A DNA stretch of 64,000 bases from Candidatus Xenobia bacterium. GTDB lineage: Bacteria > Vulcanimicrobiota > Xenobia > Xenobiales > QWHO01. Under the pieces are notes generated by a model that saw nothing but the letters and a program-made list of their open reading frames with translations, made no database searches and had not been told where the DNA came from. A program made the position numbers and the translations under genes. Positions 8,823 to 18,469 of this stretch are shown in pieces. Location of the stretch: NCBI GenBank assembly GCA_045863235.1, contig BTUM01000003.1, positions 32,001 to 96,000 of the forward strand, in the 5' to 3' direction. Each line of letters begins with the position of its first letter. Positions within the stretch are counted from its first letter, which is position 1.

Positions 8823-10100
8823 CTAGAACCAGACCGTCTCCCCGCCCGGCCAGCCGGCCAGGTGCACGCTGGGGGGCGCCGAGGAAGGTAGCAGTGGCGC
8901 CAGGTTCCGATACAGCGCCTCGGCCATGTGGGGGACGAAGGGGGCGTGCAGCCGGGCCAGCTCCAGCAGCTCGGCGGCCGTGAGGTCGCCGCTCAGTCCC
9001 TGCTCCAGGCTGGACACGGCCAGGTCGAGCTGGTACTGCTCCAGAGCGACCGTGACCTGGCCCACCAGGTCCTCGAGCGCGTTGGAAGGCAATAGGGTTC
9101 CAGGAGTGACGCGCTTTCGCCGCATGAAGTCTTCTTGCAGCTTCCACCAACGGTCCAGATGCTCCAGCGAGCCCCCGCAGAACAGCCAGCGGGCATTGTC
9201 CGCCTGACCGGGGATCTCGTAGGCGCTGGGCCGAGGGCCCTCGGGGCGCAAAATTCCCAGGGCGTCCTCGAGCTCGAAGGGCCCTGCCGCCGGCTCGGCC
9301 AGACGCACCCGGAAGCCGGCCATCAGCCAGCTGCGGATCAGCACGTCGTCGTGCACCCGAGCCTGCATCGAGTCGGCGTCACGAAAGCGCGCCGGCGGTG
9401 CCAGGGCATAGAATTTCTCGCCCCGTAATCCACCCTCCCAGAGCCGCGCGAAGACCCGATTCTGCCTCCAGGAGCGCTGCACGCGCTCGGGAGCGTTGGC
9501 GCCCCGGTCGCGACGTCCCGGGGGACGCAGGCGCACGCGAAAGGGCCGAGCCAGCTTGAAGATCGACCTTCTGGGCGGGGGCGGGGGAGGGATCGGCGCT
9601 GCTTGAGCTGGAGGAGGCGGGAGCGCGGCGGCCCGGGCCGGGGTCATCTTGACCGCCCGAGTGGGATAACCACAGCCGTCGCAGATCGGGTGGGTGCCCT
9701 CGAAGAACTCCGGAAAACTCTGTCGTAGCAGGTGATCGCAACGCGGACAGGCCTGGCGGGTGAGCCGTCCGGCGGCCAGCTCGGGCGAAGGACGCAGTTG
9801 CGCCCGGTGAATGGAGAACGGGCAGGAAGGGCAGCTCACGAACTCTTCCTCCAGCCCGGCCGAGCGGGCGGACAGGGGCATGGGGGTGGAGCAATCCGGG
9901 CAGACCGGACCCTCGGGCCCCACCACCAGATAGGGCGGGGGGCGCCGAGTGATAGCCGCCCCGCTCTCGCGTCCGCACTGAGCGCACACCCAGGCCGGAG
10001 AGGGCTCGCTCCAGCCATAACCGGGCTGACCGGGCGAGGGTCCGGTCAGGTCGCTGGAGACGAACTCCTCCGAGCCGCAGTGAATGCATGGATCGGGCAT
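8823..10100 (-). CDS. Multi-zinc-ribbon hypothetical protein
   Basis: Six CxxC pairs (CIHC, CAQC, CPDC, CPSC, CPRC, CDGC), a Pro-rich linker and a helical C-terminal domain. Start chosen at MPDPC. Confidence 0.7.
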   Translation of the reverse strand: MPDPCIHCGSEEFVSSDLTGPSPGQPGYGWSEPSPAWVCAQCGRESGAAITRRPPPYLVVGPEGPVCPDCSTPMPLSARSAGLEEEFVSCPSCPFSIHRAQLRPSPELAAGRLTRQACPRCDHLLRQSFPEFFEGTHPICDGCGYPTRAVKMTPARAAALPPPPAQAAPIPPPPPPRRSIFKLARPFRVRLRPPGRRDRGANAPERVQRSWRQNRVFARLWEGGLRGEKFYALAPPARFRDADSMQARVHDDVLIRSWLMAGFRVRLAEPAAGPFELEDALGILRPEGPRPSAYEIPGQADNARWLFCGGSLEHLDRWWKLQEDFMRRKRVTPGTLLPSNALEDLVGQVTVALEQYQLDLAVSSLEQGLSGDLTAAELLELARLHAPFVPHMAEALYRNLAPLLPSSAPPSVHLAGWPGGETVWF

Positions 10101-10180
10101 GGGGCTTTTTTCGACATCGAGGGAGGCTCCCATTGTCCTTCGTGGAAAGCTCTGAGCCATATCCTCCTGGAAGGTGACGC

Positions 10181-10546
10181 ATGCAAGCGCAGCAAGCAGA
10201 AATCGTGAAGTGCCTGTTCAAAATGGCCTGGGCCGATGGCGAGGCTTCGGACGAGGAAGTGGAAGTGCTCTCGCGCATGATGAGCCGACTGGGAATCCCC
10301 CTCTCCGAGCGCATCATCGCCATGGATGGTGGACTGAGCGAGCCCGAGCAGGGCCCGGACCGCATCGAGGAGTTGCTCCCCGATCGCGAGAGCCGCTTGC
10401 AGGCCATGGAGATGCTGCTGGCGGTGTGCTTCTCTGACCAGCAACTGGCCCCCCAGGAGGTCAGCTACATCGAAGACCTGTCCCGCCGCCTGGGCATCAG
10501 CGCCCCCGAGCTGGAAGCCCTGCGCAAGCGGGCGATGGGGGCCTGA
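10181..10546 (+). CDS. TerB-family (tellurite-resistance-like) protein
   Basis: MAWADGEASDEE and VCFSDQQLAPQE...LSRRLGI duplicated TerB motif. Confidence 0.85.
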   Translation: MQAQQAEIVKCLFKMAWADGEASDEEVEVLSRMMSRLGIPLSERIIAMDGGLSEPEQGPDRIEELLPDRESRLQAMEMLLAVCFSDQQLAPQEVSYIEDLSRRLGISAPELEALRKRAMGA

Positions 10547-11622
10547 TGCTGAGTTTTCTGAACGCCATCGTCGAGCTGGTCGACCTGCACGAGGGCAAGC
10601 TGGTCTTCCGCTCCAACCGCCGCTACCAGGAAGGCAAGGAGGTCGAGGTGCGCCTGGCCCTGCCCCCGGGCTCGGGCAAAGTCGCCAACATGCGCATCAA
10701 GGTGGAGAGCTGCCGCAAGCTCGAGTCGGGCGGCCTGCTCTACTCGGCGAAGGTCCTGGGAGAAGTTCCCGGCGAGAGTCACAAGGGCACCGTGCACGAC
10801 CCCTCCATGCGCAAAGCCGCGCGCCACAACGTGGGCGTGCGCGTCATGTCCAAGGACCTCCCCGGCTACCGGGCCCTCACCATCGATCTCTCCCAGACCG
10901 GGATGCAGCTCGAGATTGACGAGAAGATCGGCACCGGGCACACGATCCGCCTCAACCTCGAGTTCGACCGGGTGGATCTGGCCACCATGGACGTCGAGGC
11001 CAAGGTCGTCTGGTGTCGTCCCCACCCCACCCGCGACGACCGCTTCCGCTGCGGGGTCCACTTCATCCCCACTCCGGAAGCCAAAAAGCAACTCACGGCC
11101 GTGGCCGACTTCTTCGAAAAGCGCTCGCAGGCCGATCTGCAGAGCCTGCTCGAGCAGGCCAAGCTGCTGAGCCAGAACCCTGGCCCACTCCCGCAGGACG
11201 CCAGGAAGGAGCTGAAGCTCCCTCCCCGCGACGAGACCGTGTCGGCGCCGGCCGCCAAGCCGGCCGCTCGCAAGCTGGCCACCGGCAAGGCTCGTCGCAC
11301 GGGCTTTATGATCCCCCTGGAGGCCACCGTGCGCGGTCACCGTTGGGAGCTGGCCGGCCGCGAGCTGCTCTTGCTCTTGCGCAGCCCCGATGGCGCAGAC
11401 CACTTCCTGGCCTTCCCGGAATGCCAGACGATGCGCGACTACGGCTGTTGCCTGGGCCTGACCACGACGGGCATGCACGCGAGCTCGCAGTCGCCTTTGA
11501 TCGACGAGGTGGTCGAGCGCAGCGGAGGCAGCTCGTGGAAGCACTACAAGCTGCTCGGGCCCAAAGAGCAGGTGCTGCTCGAGGTGGTCTCCGGCCCGGT
11601 TCGGCTTCCCTCTGACGACTGA
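10546..11622 (+). CDS. PilZ domain-containing protein
   Basis: RKAAR and DLSQTG (RxxxR, DxSxxG c-di-GMP motifs), AKVVWCR, CGVHF. TGATG overlap with the upstream gene. Confidence 0.85.
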   Translation: MLSFLNAIVELVDLHEGKLVFRSNRRYQEGKEVEVRLALPPGSGKVANMRIKVESCRKLESGGLLYSAKVLGEVPGESHKGTVHDPSMRKAARHNVGVRVMSKDLPGYRALTIDLSQTGMQLEIDEKIGTGHTIRLNLEFDRVDLATMDVEAKVVWCRPHPTRDDRFRCGVHFIPTPEAKKQLTAVADFFEKRSQADLQSLLEQAKLLSQNPGPLPQDARKELKLPPRDETVSAPAAKPAARKLATGKARRTGFMIPLEATVRGHRWELAGRELLLLLRSPDGADHFLAFPECQTMRDYGCCLGLTTTGMHASSQSPLIDEVVERSGGSSWKHYKLLGPKEQVLLEVVSGPVRLPSDD

Positions 11623-11625
11623 CCC

Positions 11626-13530
11626 GTGAAGCGCGACAAGCTGGTGACCGCGGCCCGGGCCGTGGAGCTGATCCTCGATGGCGACGCAGTGGCCACCGGG
11701 GGCTTCGTGGGCATCGGCTTTCCGGAAGCGCTGGCGGTGGCTCTGGAAGAGCGCTTCCTCAAGACCGGCCGTCCCCGCGACCTGACCCTGGTCTACGCCG
11801 CCGGCCAGGGCGACGGCAAGAAGCGCGGGCTCAACCACCTGGCCCATGAAGGCCTGGTGAAGCGGGTCATCGGGGGCCACTGGGGCCTGGTGCCGGCCCT
11901 GGGGAAGCTGGCCCTGGACGAAAAGATCGAGGCCTACAACCTGCCCCAGGGCGTCATCTCGCACCTGTTCCGCGACATCGCCGCCCATAAGCCGGGCTTG
12001 CTGACCCGGGTGGGCCTGGGCACCTTCGTCGACCCCCGCCTGGAGGGGGGCAAGCTCAACTCTCGCACCACCGAGGACCTGGTCGAGCTACGTGACGAGC
12101 TGCTCTTTTATCGCGCCTATCCCCTCTCGGTGGCCCTGCTGCGGGGCACGACCGCCGACCCCGAAGGCAACATCTCGATGGAGCGCGAGGCCCTGACCCT
12201 GGAGGCTCTGGCGATCGCCCAGGCGGTGCACAACTCGGGCGGGCTGGTGATCGTGCAGGTGGAGCGGCTCACCGCCGAGCACCGGGTGCACCCCCAGATG
12301 GTCCAGGTGCCGGGGGTGCTGGTGGACTGCGTGGTGGTGGCCGAAGATCCGGCCCTGCACCAGCAGACCTTCGCCGAGCCCTACAACCCGGCTTACACCG
12401 GGGAGGTCAAAGCCTCGCCCGGCATGGCCCGCATGGCCATGGACGAGCGCAAGGTGCTGGCCCGCCGCGCCAGCTTGTTCCTCAAGCCCAACGCCGTGGT
12501 GAACCTGGGCATCGGCATGCCCGAGGGGGTGGCCGCGGTGGCAGACGAGGAGCGCATCCTGGACTGGATCACGCTCACGGTCGAGCCGGGTGCGCTGGGC
12601 GGCGTCCCGGCCGGAGGCCTCTCCTTCGGAGCCGTCACCAATCCGGGCGCCATCATCAACCAGCCCTCCCAGTTCGACTTCTACGACGGCGGAGGCCTCG
12701 ACCAGGCCTTCCTGGGCCTGGCCGAAGTGGACCGGGACGGCAACGTCAACGTCAGCCGCTTCTCAGGCCGTCTGGCGGGAGCGGGCGGGTTCATCAATAT
12801 CAGCCAGAACGCCGCCTTCGTCTGCTTCATGGGCACCATGACCGCGGGCGCAAAGCTGCAGGTGAGCCCCCAGGGCCTGAAGGTGGAGCGCGAGGGCACG
12901 CACCGCAAGTTCGTGGAGCGGGTGGGCCAGGTGACCTTCAGCGGCCAGTACGCCCGTGAGCGCGGCCAGACCGTCTACTACCTCACCGAGCGAGCCCTCT
13001 TCCGGCTCGGGGCGGCAGGGCTGGAGCTGCTGGAGATCGCCCCCGGCCTGGACCTGGAACAGGACGTGCTCTCCCAGATGGAGTTTCACCCCCGCCTGGC
13101 CGAGCCGGTCGGCCGCATGGATCTGCGCCTCTTCGGCCCCGAGCCGATGGGCCTTGCCTCCGCGCCGGGCCGCAGCATGGCGGAGCGACTGGAGTATCAC
13201 CCCGAGGAGAGCCTGGTCTTCGTGAACTTCGAGGGGCTGCGCCTGGATACGAGCGAGCAGGTAGCCGAGCTGTCCTCCTGGCTCGACGACTACTTCGGCC
13301 GGTTGGGCCAGCGGGTCCACGTGGTGGTGAACTACGACCACTTCCAGGTGGCCCCGGCGGCCGAGGAGGCCTACTACGAGATGGTGCGCTCCAACACCGA
13401 GCGGTTCTTTCTCTCGTCGGTGCGCTACTCCAACCACGCCTTCACCCGCCGCCGACTGGCCGCCGGCATGGCCAGCGCCGGAGCGGGGCTGTTTGGCAGC
13501 TTCCAGGAGGCCATGGGTCAACTGGGGTAG
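11626..13530 (+). CDS. Acyl-CoA:acetate/propionate CoA-transferase (family I, fused alpha/beta) with C-terminal extension
   Basis: [59 protein letters not shown]. Confidence 0.93.
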   Translation: MKRDKLVTAARAVELILDGDAVATGGFVGIGFPEALAVALEERFLKTGRPRDLTLVYAAGQGDGKKRGLNHLAHEGLVKRVIGGHWGLVPALGKLALDEKIEAYNLPQGVISHLFRDIAAHKPGLLTRVGLGTFVDPRLEGGKLNSRTTEDLVELRDELLFYRAYPLSVALLRGTTADPEGNISMEREALTLEALAIAQAVHNSGGLVIVQVERLTAEHRVHPQMVQVPGVLVDCVVVAEDPALHQQTFAEPYNPAYTGEVKASPGMARMAMDERKVLARRASLFLKPNAVVNLGIGMPEGVAAVADEERILDWITLTVEPGALGGVPAGGLSFGAVTNPGAIINQPSQFDFYDGGGLDQAFLGLAEVDRDGNVNVSRFSGRLAGAGGFINISQNAAFVCFMGTMTAGAKLQVSPQGLKVEREGTHRKFVERVGQVTFSGQYARERGQTVYYLTERALFRLGAAGLELLEIAPGLDLEQDVLSQMEFHPRLAEPVGRMDLRLFGPEPMGLASAPGRSMAERLEYHPEESLVFVNFEGLRLDTSEQVAELSSWLDDYFGRLGQRVHVVVNYDHFQVAPAAEEAYYEMVRSNTERFFLSSVRYSNHAFTRRRLAAGMASAGAGLFGSFQEAMGQLG

Positions 13531-13546
13531 CCCTGACCTCGCCGGG
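13434..13546 (+). repeat. Left copy of ~113-bp direct repeat (CoA-transferase 3' end and downstream bases)
   Basis: Aligns without gaps to 25659-25771 with about 10 mismatches by manual comparison. Confidence 0.9.
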
Positions 13547-13557
13547 CAAAGGTGCGA

Positions 13558-13621
13558 GTGACCTTCAGCGGCCAGACGGTCTACTACCTCACCGAGCGAG
13601 CCCTCTTCCGGATCGGGGCGG
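13558..13621 (+). repeat. Duplicated internal fragment of the CoA-transferase gene
   Basis: Matches 12931-13014 (VTFSGQ...[12 protein letters not shown]) except for a 21-bp deletion between two GCGGCCAG copies and a few substitutions. Confidence 0.85.
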
Positions 13622-13635
13622 AAGTCCGAGCCTGC

Positions 13636-13664
13636 TTGTTACTTGACACACACTGCCTTATGTT
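13636..13664 (+). promoter_or_regulatory. Possible sigma70-type promoter of vapBC
   Basis: TTGTTA-17 nt-TATGTT upstream of vapB. A perfect TTGACA at 13643 has no well-spaced -10. Confidence 0.3.
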
Positions 13665-13701
13665 CGACGCTGAACCAAGAGTTTGTGCGGAGGCCTGTGC
13701 G

Positions 13702-13899
13702 ATGGCGACCAACATTGAGATCGACCCTGCGCTGGTCGAGGAGGCCAGAACCCTTGGTGGTCATAAGACAAAACGGGAAACCTTCGAGGCAGCCTTACGC
13801 GAATACGTGAGGTTGCGAAAGTCCCGGGGAATCCTGGCATATTTCGGCAAGGTCGAGTTCGACGAGGACTATGACTACAAAAGCGCGAGAAGCCGTTGA
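13702..13899 (+). CDS. vapB: Type II TA antitoxin, VapB family
   Basis: MATNIEIDPALVEEARTLGGHKTKRETFEAALREYV; GGAGG RBS; overlaps the start of a PIN gene. Confidence 0.88.
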   Translation: MATNIEIDPALVEEARTLGGHKTKRETFEAALREYVRLRKSRGILAYFGKVEFDEDYDYKSARSR

Positions 13900-14288
13900 G
13901 AGTCCTGGTAGATACTTCGGTGTGGTGGGTGGCGCTCCGGCCTGGGCGATGTCACCCTGAGGCCGATAGACTCCGGCATATGATCGTGACCGGTGACCAG
14001 GTTTGTGTCCTGGGCATCATCATCCAAGAAGTGTTACAGGGAATCGCAAACGCGGAGCTGGCAGAGAGCATCCAGGTTGAGCTGGAGCCCTTTGACCTTT
14101 TTGACCTGACCCGAGAGGACTATGTGGCGGCAGCTACCCTGCATCGTACCTGTCGATCTGGCGGAATCGCAGCAGGGAGCATCGATTGTCTGATCGCGGC
14201 AGCGGCGGAGCGGCACGATTGCTACTTGCTCACTCTGGACAATGATTTTGACAGGCTCGCATCGTTCTGCCAGCTCAGGCTCCTCTAG
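13896..14288 (+). CDS. vapC: Type II TA toxin, PIN/VapC family
   Basis: VLVDTSVW, IIQEVLQG, IDCLIAA, LLTLDNDF PIN acidic residues. Confidence 0.92.
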   Translation: MRVLVDTSVWWVALRPGRCHPEADRLRHMIVTGDQVCVLGIIIQEVLQGIANAELAESIQVELEPFDLFDLTREDYVAAATLHRTCRSGGIAAGSIDCLIAAAAERHDCYLLTLDNDFDRLASFCQLRLL

Positions 14289-14401
14289 AGGGTCTGTTGA
14301 CATTCAGATCCCTCTCCGCCTCGGAGAACGCTCGGTCGATCTCAGGGGGGGCTGACGACGAAGATTCAGGAAGGACTCGGAAACCTGAGTGGCTGGAAGT
14401 C

Positions 14402-15571
14402 TCAGAGCAGCATCTCTTCCAACCACTCCTGCTGGTCCAGCCCGATGAGCACCTGGCAGGCGGCCAGGCGCACCTCCGGATTCTGATGCTCCAGCGCCAG
14501 CCTCCGCGCCCCCTCCAGGGCCGCTTCCCCGGCGGCGATGCAAAGCTGGGTAGCGGCCGCGCGGATCTGCCACTCGGGCGCCTCCAGGCACGACATCACG
14601 CAGGGCAGCGCCTGGCTCGGGCAATGCCGGGCAAAGGCCACCAACAGCTCCCGCCGCAAGTCAACCTCGGACGTCTCGGAGAGCAACCTCTCCCAGTCGA
14701 GGTCGCGCAACCCGGCCCGCACCACGGCGCAGCGCAAGTCGAGCCGCTCGTGCGCCCACAATTCCCGCAGGCGAGCCTGGTGAGCTTCCTGCTCCAAAGG
14801 CAGCCGCGCCAGCTGGCGCAACGCCTCCAGAATCAATGAATCGTTTGAAGACGACAGGGTCTGGCGCAGCATGCCCGCCACCTGCGGCAAGAATTTCCGG
14901 CCTCCCCACTCCAGCAAGGTCAGGCGCTGCCGGTCGTCGAGCTTGTCCCAGCGCATCCCGATGCGGGTGAAAGTCGGCAGGCCCTGCAGCTCCAGGTATT
15001 CCCAGGCGTGCGCGGCCAGGGGGCCACGCAGCTGCTCGAGCCACAATTCGGCGGAGTCGTCCTCGAACAACGGTGGTTCGGGTCGACCCAGGTCTGACAA
15101 CAGCGCCATGCGCAGCCGCAAGGGGAGATCCGGCTCCCAGTCGGGCCACCACGCCAGCACGCCCGCGGCCGTGCGCGCGTGGGCCGACAGCACGTCGCGC
15201 TGCAACATCTCGACCAGCAGGCAACGCACCGCTTCGGTCTGCTCCTCACCCAACCGCACGATGATGGCCCTGACCGACTCGGTGTCCTGGTTGGTCGGCA
15301 GATCGCGCATGAGGAACTCGACGGCCCGGGCCTGGCGAAAGTTGGCCAGGGCCAGAATGTGGGCGTGGCGCAGTTGCCCGGACGGCATGTCGCGCAGCTG
15401 CTCGATCAGCATGTCGAGCACGTCCTTGCCCTCGTGCCGGCCGTACGCCAGCGCCTTCTCGGGATGCCGGCCGATCTGCTGCAAGACGCCGATCCTCACC
15501 ATGACGTCCGGGCTGCCGACTGCCGAAGCCAGGTCGGCAGCGTTCCGAATGTGCAGTTTCGAGGAGGTCAA
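14402..15571 (-). CDS. HEAT/PBS-lyase-like repeat protein
   Basis: Repeated helical units SPDVMVRIGVL, HERLDLRCAVV, APEWQIRAAAT, HQNPEVRLAAC. Confidence 0.75.
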   Translation of the reverse strand: MTSSKLHIRNAADLASAVGSPDVMVRIGVLQQIGRHPEKALAYGRHEGKDVLDMLIEQLRDMPSGQLRHAHILALANFRQARAVEFLMRDLPTNQDTESVRAIIVRLGEEQTEAVRCLLVEMLQRDVLSAHARTAAGVLAWWPDWEPDLPLRLRMALLSDLGRPEPPLFEDDSAELWLEQLRGPLAAHAWEYLELQGLPTFTRIGMRWDKLDDRQRLTLLEWGGRKFLPQVAGMLRQTLSSSNDSLILEALRQLARLPLEQEAHQARLRELWAHERLDLRCAVVRAGLRDLDWERLLSETSEVDLRRELLVAFARHCPSQALPCVMSCLEAPEWQIRAAATQLCIAAGEAALEGARRLALEHQNPEVRLAACQVLIGLDQQEWLEEMLL

Positions 15572-16752
15572 CTCCAGGCCAGGTCGGGCTCTTCGAAGAC
15601 GACTTCGACCGGCCGGGGCCCTCTGCCAGCGATGTCATTGCTGAAGGTGAAGGAGTTGTTGGTCAGGTCGCCTCGAACGCCCCCCTGGACACTGGTGTCG
15701 ATCCCAAGCAGCTCGAGCAGACCAAAGGTGAATTGCGGCTGGATCGAGAGCACCATGAAGATGGTGATCCTGGCATAGACCCCGACGGTCAGGTCGATTC
15801 CCCAGCTCCACTTGTAGCGGAGCCCGACCGTGGCCGGGCGGTAACTGTTGAAAAAGATCTGGCCAGGCGGCACGCCGTCGATCAGGTTGTTCTGGCTGCT
15901 GACGTAAGTGATCAGGCCTGTGTCGTCGGTTGTCTGCTCGCTCACGCTGTAGACGGCTTCGTCCAGGACCACGCCCTCGACCTGAATGTGAATGGGAAAA
16001 CCGAAGCCGAAGGTGGGTCCAAACTGCACCTCGCTTCCCACCACGCTGAGAGCCTCGTTGAAGGCTCGAACCGGGGAAATGAACTGCGAGAGATCGAGCT
16101 TCAGGGTCATCCTGGGGATCAGTTCCCTGGTATTGCCCGAAGGGGCGGCCGGGATGAGCGATGTGCTCGAGTCGGTCATGCCCCAGCCGGCGTGCGCAAC
16201 GGCCGTCGAAGGCTTGAGCTTCTTGGAGATGTCGGCCAGCGCGCCACCCTCGCCCCTGCGAGCCAGGACTTCGATGGCGGTGAGTAGCAGCGCGATGAAA
16301 TCGATGGTGGCCTGCTGGTTGACGTCGACGATGGTGGCCCAGACGTTTTCGAAATACCCGTCCCAGCCGCCCACCCAGCGCACGCCCGCCCAACCGGTGA
16401 TCCTTACCCTGATTTCGAATTTCAGCTGGGCGCCGATGAGGAATCCGGCTTCGGAGGTGGGGGTGCGACCTGCCAGGGTGAGCGTGGTATCGCCGAAGTG
16501 TCCGACCACCAGCTCGGGGTTGAACATGCCCGTGGCCCAACCGGGCCCGGCAAATCCAAGCAGGAACGAGCCTTTCACGGCCAGCACAAAGTTCCAGGCC
16601 AGGGCGGTGAAAGATTCGTCGAGGATGATGAAGGGATACTCTTGGAATACGCCTGGCGTGGGACCGCCCGAATAATAGAACCCGTTGACGAGGCTGACCA
16701 CGTCCTGGTCGCCGCTGGTCAAACGGTGGGTGGTGTGGAGGTTCTTGCTCAT
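15568..16752 (-). CDS. Hypothetical beta-strand-rich protein
   Basis: 394-aa ORF in operon orientation, 4-bp overlap with the downstream gene; long alternating-pattern strands. Confidence 0.7.
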   Translation of the reverse strand: MSKNLHTTHRLTSGDQDVVSLVNGFYYSGGPTPGVFQEYPFIILDESFTALAWNFVLAVKGSFLLGFAGPGWATGMFNPELVVGHFGDTTLTLAGRTPTSEAGFLIGAQLKFEIRVRITGWAGVRWVGGWDGYFENVWATIVDVNQQATIDFIALLLTAIEVLARRGEGGALADISKKLKPSTAVAHAGWGMTDSSTSLIPAAPSGNTRELIPRMTLKLDLSQFISPVRAFNEALSVVGSEVQFGPTFGFGFPIHIQVEGVVLDEAVYSVSEQTTDDTGLITYVSSQNNLIDGVPPGQIFFNSYRPATVGLRYKWSWGIDLTVGVYARITIFMVLSIQPQFTFGLLELLGIDTSVQGGVRGDLTNNSFTFSNDIAGRGPRPVEVVFEEPDLAWS

Positions 16753-16770
16753 GCTTTCTGCTACCCTTCT

Positions 16771-18180
16771 CTAGACCGGCGTGCCGATGACGATGCCGCT
16801 GGTGCCATCGACGAAGTCGACGATCATGCCCAGCCGGTCATCGAGGTCGGCGTGGTTCTGCATCAGGCCGAAGATGATGCTGTTGACTTCCTGGCCGTCG
16901 ACCCTGTCGCCTCGGGCGAGAATCGTGCGCGCTGCCGCCCCGTCGAAGAGCACGAGCTCGGCGACGTCCACGCAAATGAGCACGTAGTAGATGCGGTCCC
17001 CTCCCCCACGGCAGGGGGGAGCGATGCTCTGGATGGTGTTGCCCAGGGGAGAGAGCCCGTCGGTCTGAGCGATCAGGTTGTTGCCGTAATACAGGCCCAG
17101 GTGGCTGGGGTCGAGATGCAGTACGGACACCGGAATGCCGTTGGTCGTGATGCGAGGACCGTAGATCGAGGTGCCGTCCGGCAGGTCCGGGCTGATGAGG
17201 CGCGGATTGACCGAGCTGGACCTGCGGGCGGAAACCAGCTTGCGAGACTGAGGATCGCCGATCTTACCCTGAACGATCACACAGTCGGGCAGCTTGCCCT
17301 GGCCCTTCTGGGTGATGTCGCCGTCGCCGTCGAAGCCTCCGCTCAAGGTGGCCTGGGCCACGAAGTGCCCGTTGCCCGAAAGCGCGATGTGGCCTATGCC
17401 TGCGGTGGTGCTGGCGCCGTGGGGAACCAGATCCTGAGTGGAAAAAAGGATTTCTGAATTGGTGTGATGGTGGTTGCGCTCGGTCACGTGGGCGACACCG
17501 TCAGCATGCAGCGCGGTTCCATCGTTTACGAAGCTGGAAACGTAAGCGATGTTGCCGTGGTCGTCCAGGCACGGGCAGCTGAAGTCTCCACCCAGATATC
17601 CTCCTCCGCCAGCCCTGGCTCCCCCCATCGTGGCAAACGGAGCCACGTCCCCGTCATCCTCGAGGATGAAGACGGCGGGCGTATTGTCCGGCCGGGTCAG
17701 GGTGGTGACGTAGGTGCCCTCTTTATTGCCCTGTCCCAGCCCGATACCCGACACCGTGGTGCCGTCCGGCAGGGTATCGCCGACCCCGACCACCCGCACC
17801 AGCTCGACCAGCGCGGGGATGCCGGCGATGAAGGTGAGCCCGCCCCGGAAGAGGGCCACATGGTCTTCCTGGTCGACGGCCTGGAAGAAGATGTGCCCGC
17901 CGTTGGTTATCTGCACTCCGCCGGTAAAGGCCTTGAAGGGAGCATTCCTGGCGGAGATAGGCGCGTTCGCCGAGCCTCGCATCTGGCCGCGATTGGTCGT
18001 CGGCAGGCTGATCTCAGAGCTGTGCAAGACGGTGTGAAACCGGAACCCGTTGGGCCCCGGGTTGAGCGTGAGCAGGTCGCCCGGGGGGGGCGAACTGTCT
18101 CCCCCGCAACCCGAGAAGATGATGCCGCTCCCCACGGAAGCGGCCAACATGGCCAGAAAGTCACGTCTTGAAGTCTTCAT
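16771..18180 (-). CDS. Tat-exported lipoprotein with tandem beta-repeat (propeller-like) domain
   Basis: SRRDFL twin-arginine signal and lipobox FSGC. Repeats ITNGGHIFF, LDDHGNIAY, LSGNGHFVA and GDTLPDG/GDRVDG. GAGGAG RBS. Confidence 0.75.
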   Translation of the reverse strand: MKTSRRDFLAMLAASVGSGIIFSGCGGDSSPPPGDLLTLNPGPNGFRFHTVLHSSEISLPTTNRGQMRGSANAPISARNAPFKAFTGGVQITNGGHIFFQAVDQEDHVALFRGGLTFIAGIPALVELVRVVGVGDTLPDGTTVSGIGLGQGNKEGTYVTTLTRPDNTPAVFILEDDGDVAPFATMGGARAGGGGYLGGDFSCPCLDDHGNIAYVSSFVNDGTALHADGVAHVTERNHHHTNSEILFSTQDLVPHGASTTAGIGHIALSGNGHFVAQATLSGGFDGDGDITQKGQGKLPDCVIVQGKIGDPQSRKLVSARRSSSVNPRLISPDLPDGTSIYGPRITTNGIPVSVLHLDPSHLGLYYGNNLIAQTDGLSPLGNTIQSIAPPCRGGGDRIYYVLICVDVAELVLFDGAAARTILARGDRVDGQEVNSIIFGLMQNHADLDDRLGMIVDFVDGTSGIVIGTPV

Positions 18181-18261
18181 GTGTACTCCTCAGCTGGCGG
18201 CTTACCTGGATGACCGTCCAATCAACCCCTCCAGGTTCCCCTCCGTTCCCGGTTACTCGGG

Positions 18262-18420
18262 CTGTCCTGCGCGTTCGGTTTTCGGCCCACGAGCTCCATG
18301 GTCTCCACCGGCAGTCGCTCCCAGCTTTCGCCGATGATAGCGCCCGAATCACGACAAATGAGGCGCCGAAGCCTGGCGGGACAGGAAGGTCGAGGTGACG
18401 AGCTCGGCCAGCGTGTCACG
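18262..18420 (-). pseudogene. Decayed copy of the methyltransferase 3' end
   Basis: Reads ..PHLS*FGRYHRR/SWERLPVETMELVGRKP versus gene PRLSRFGRYHRRSWERLPVEAVEVLGQKP; carries an in-frame stop and a frameshift. Confidence 0.8.
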
Positions 18421-18469
18421 CTTTGAGGTCTTGCCGGCCAGCTCATGGACTGCGGCGTTGGCTTCGTGT

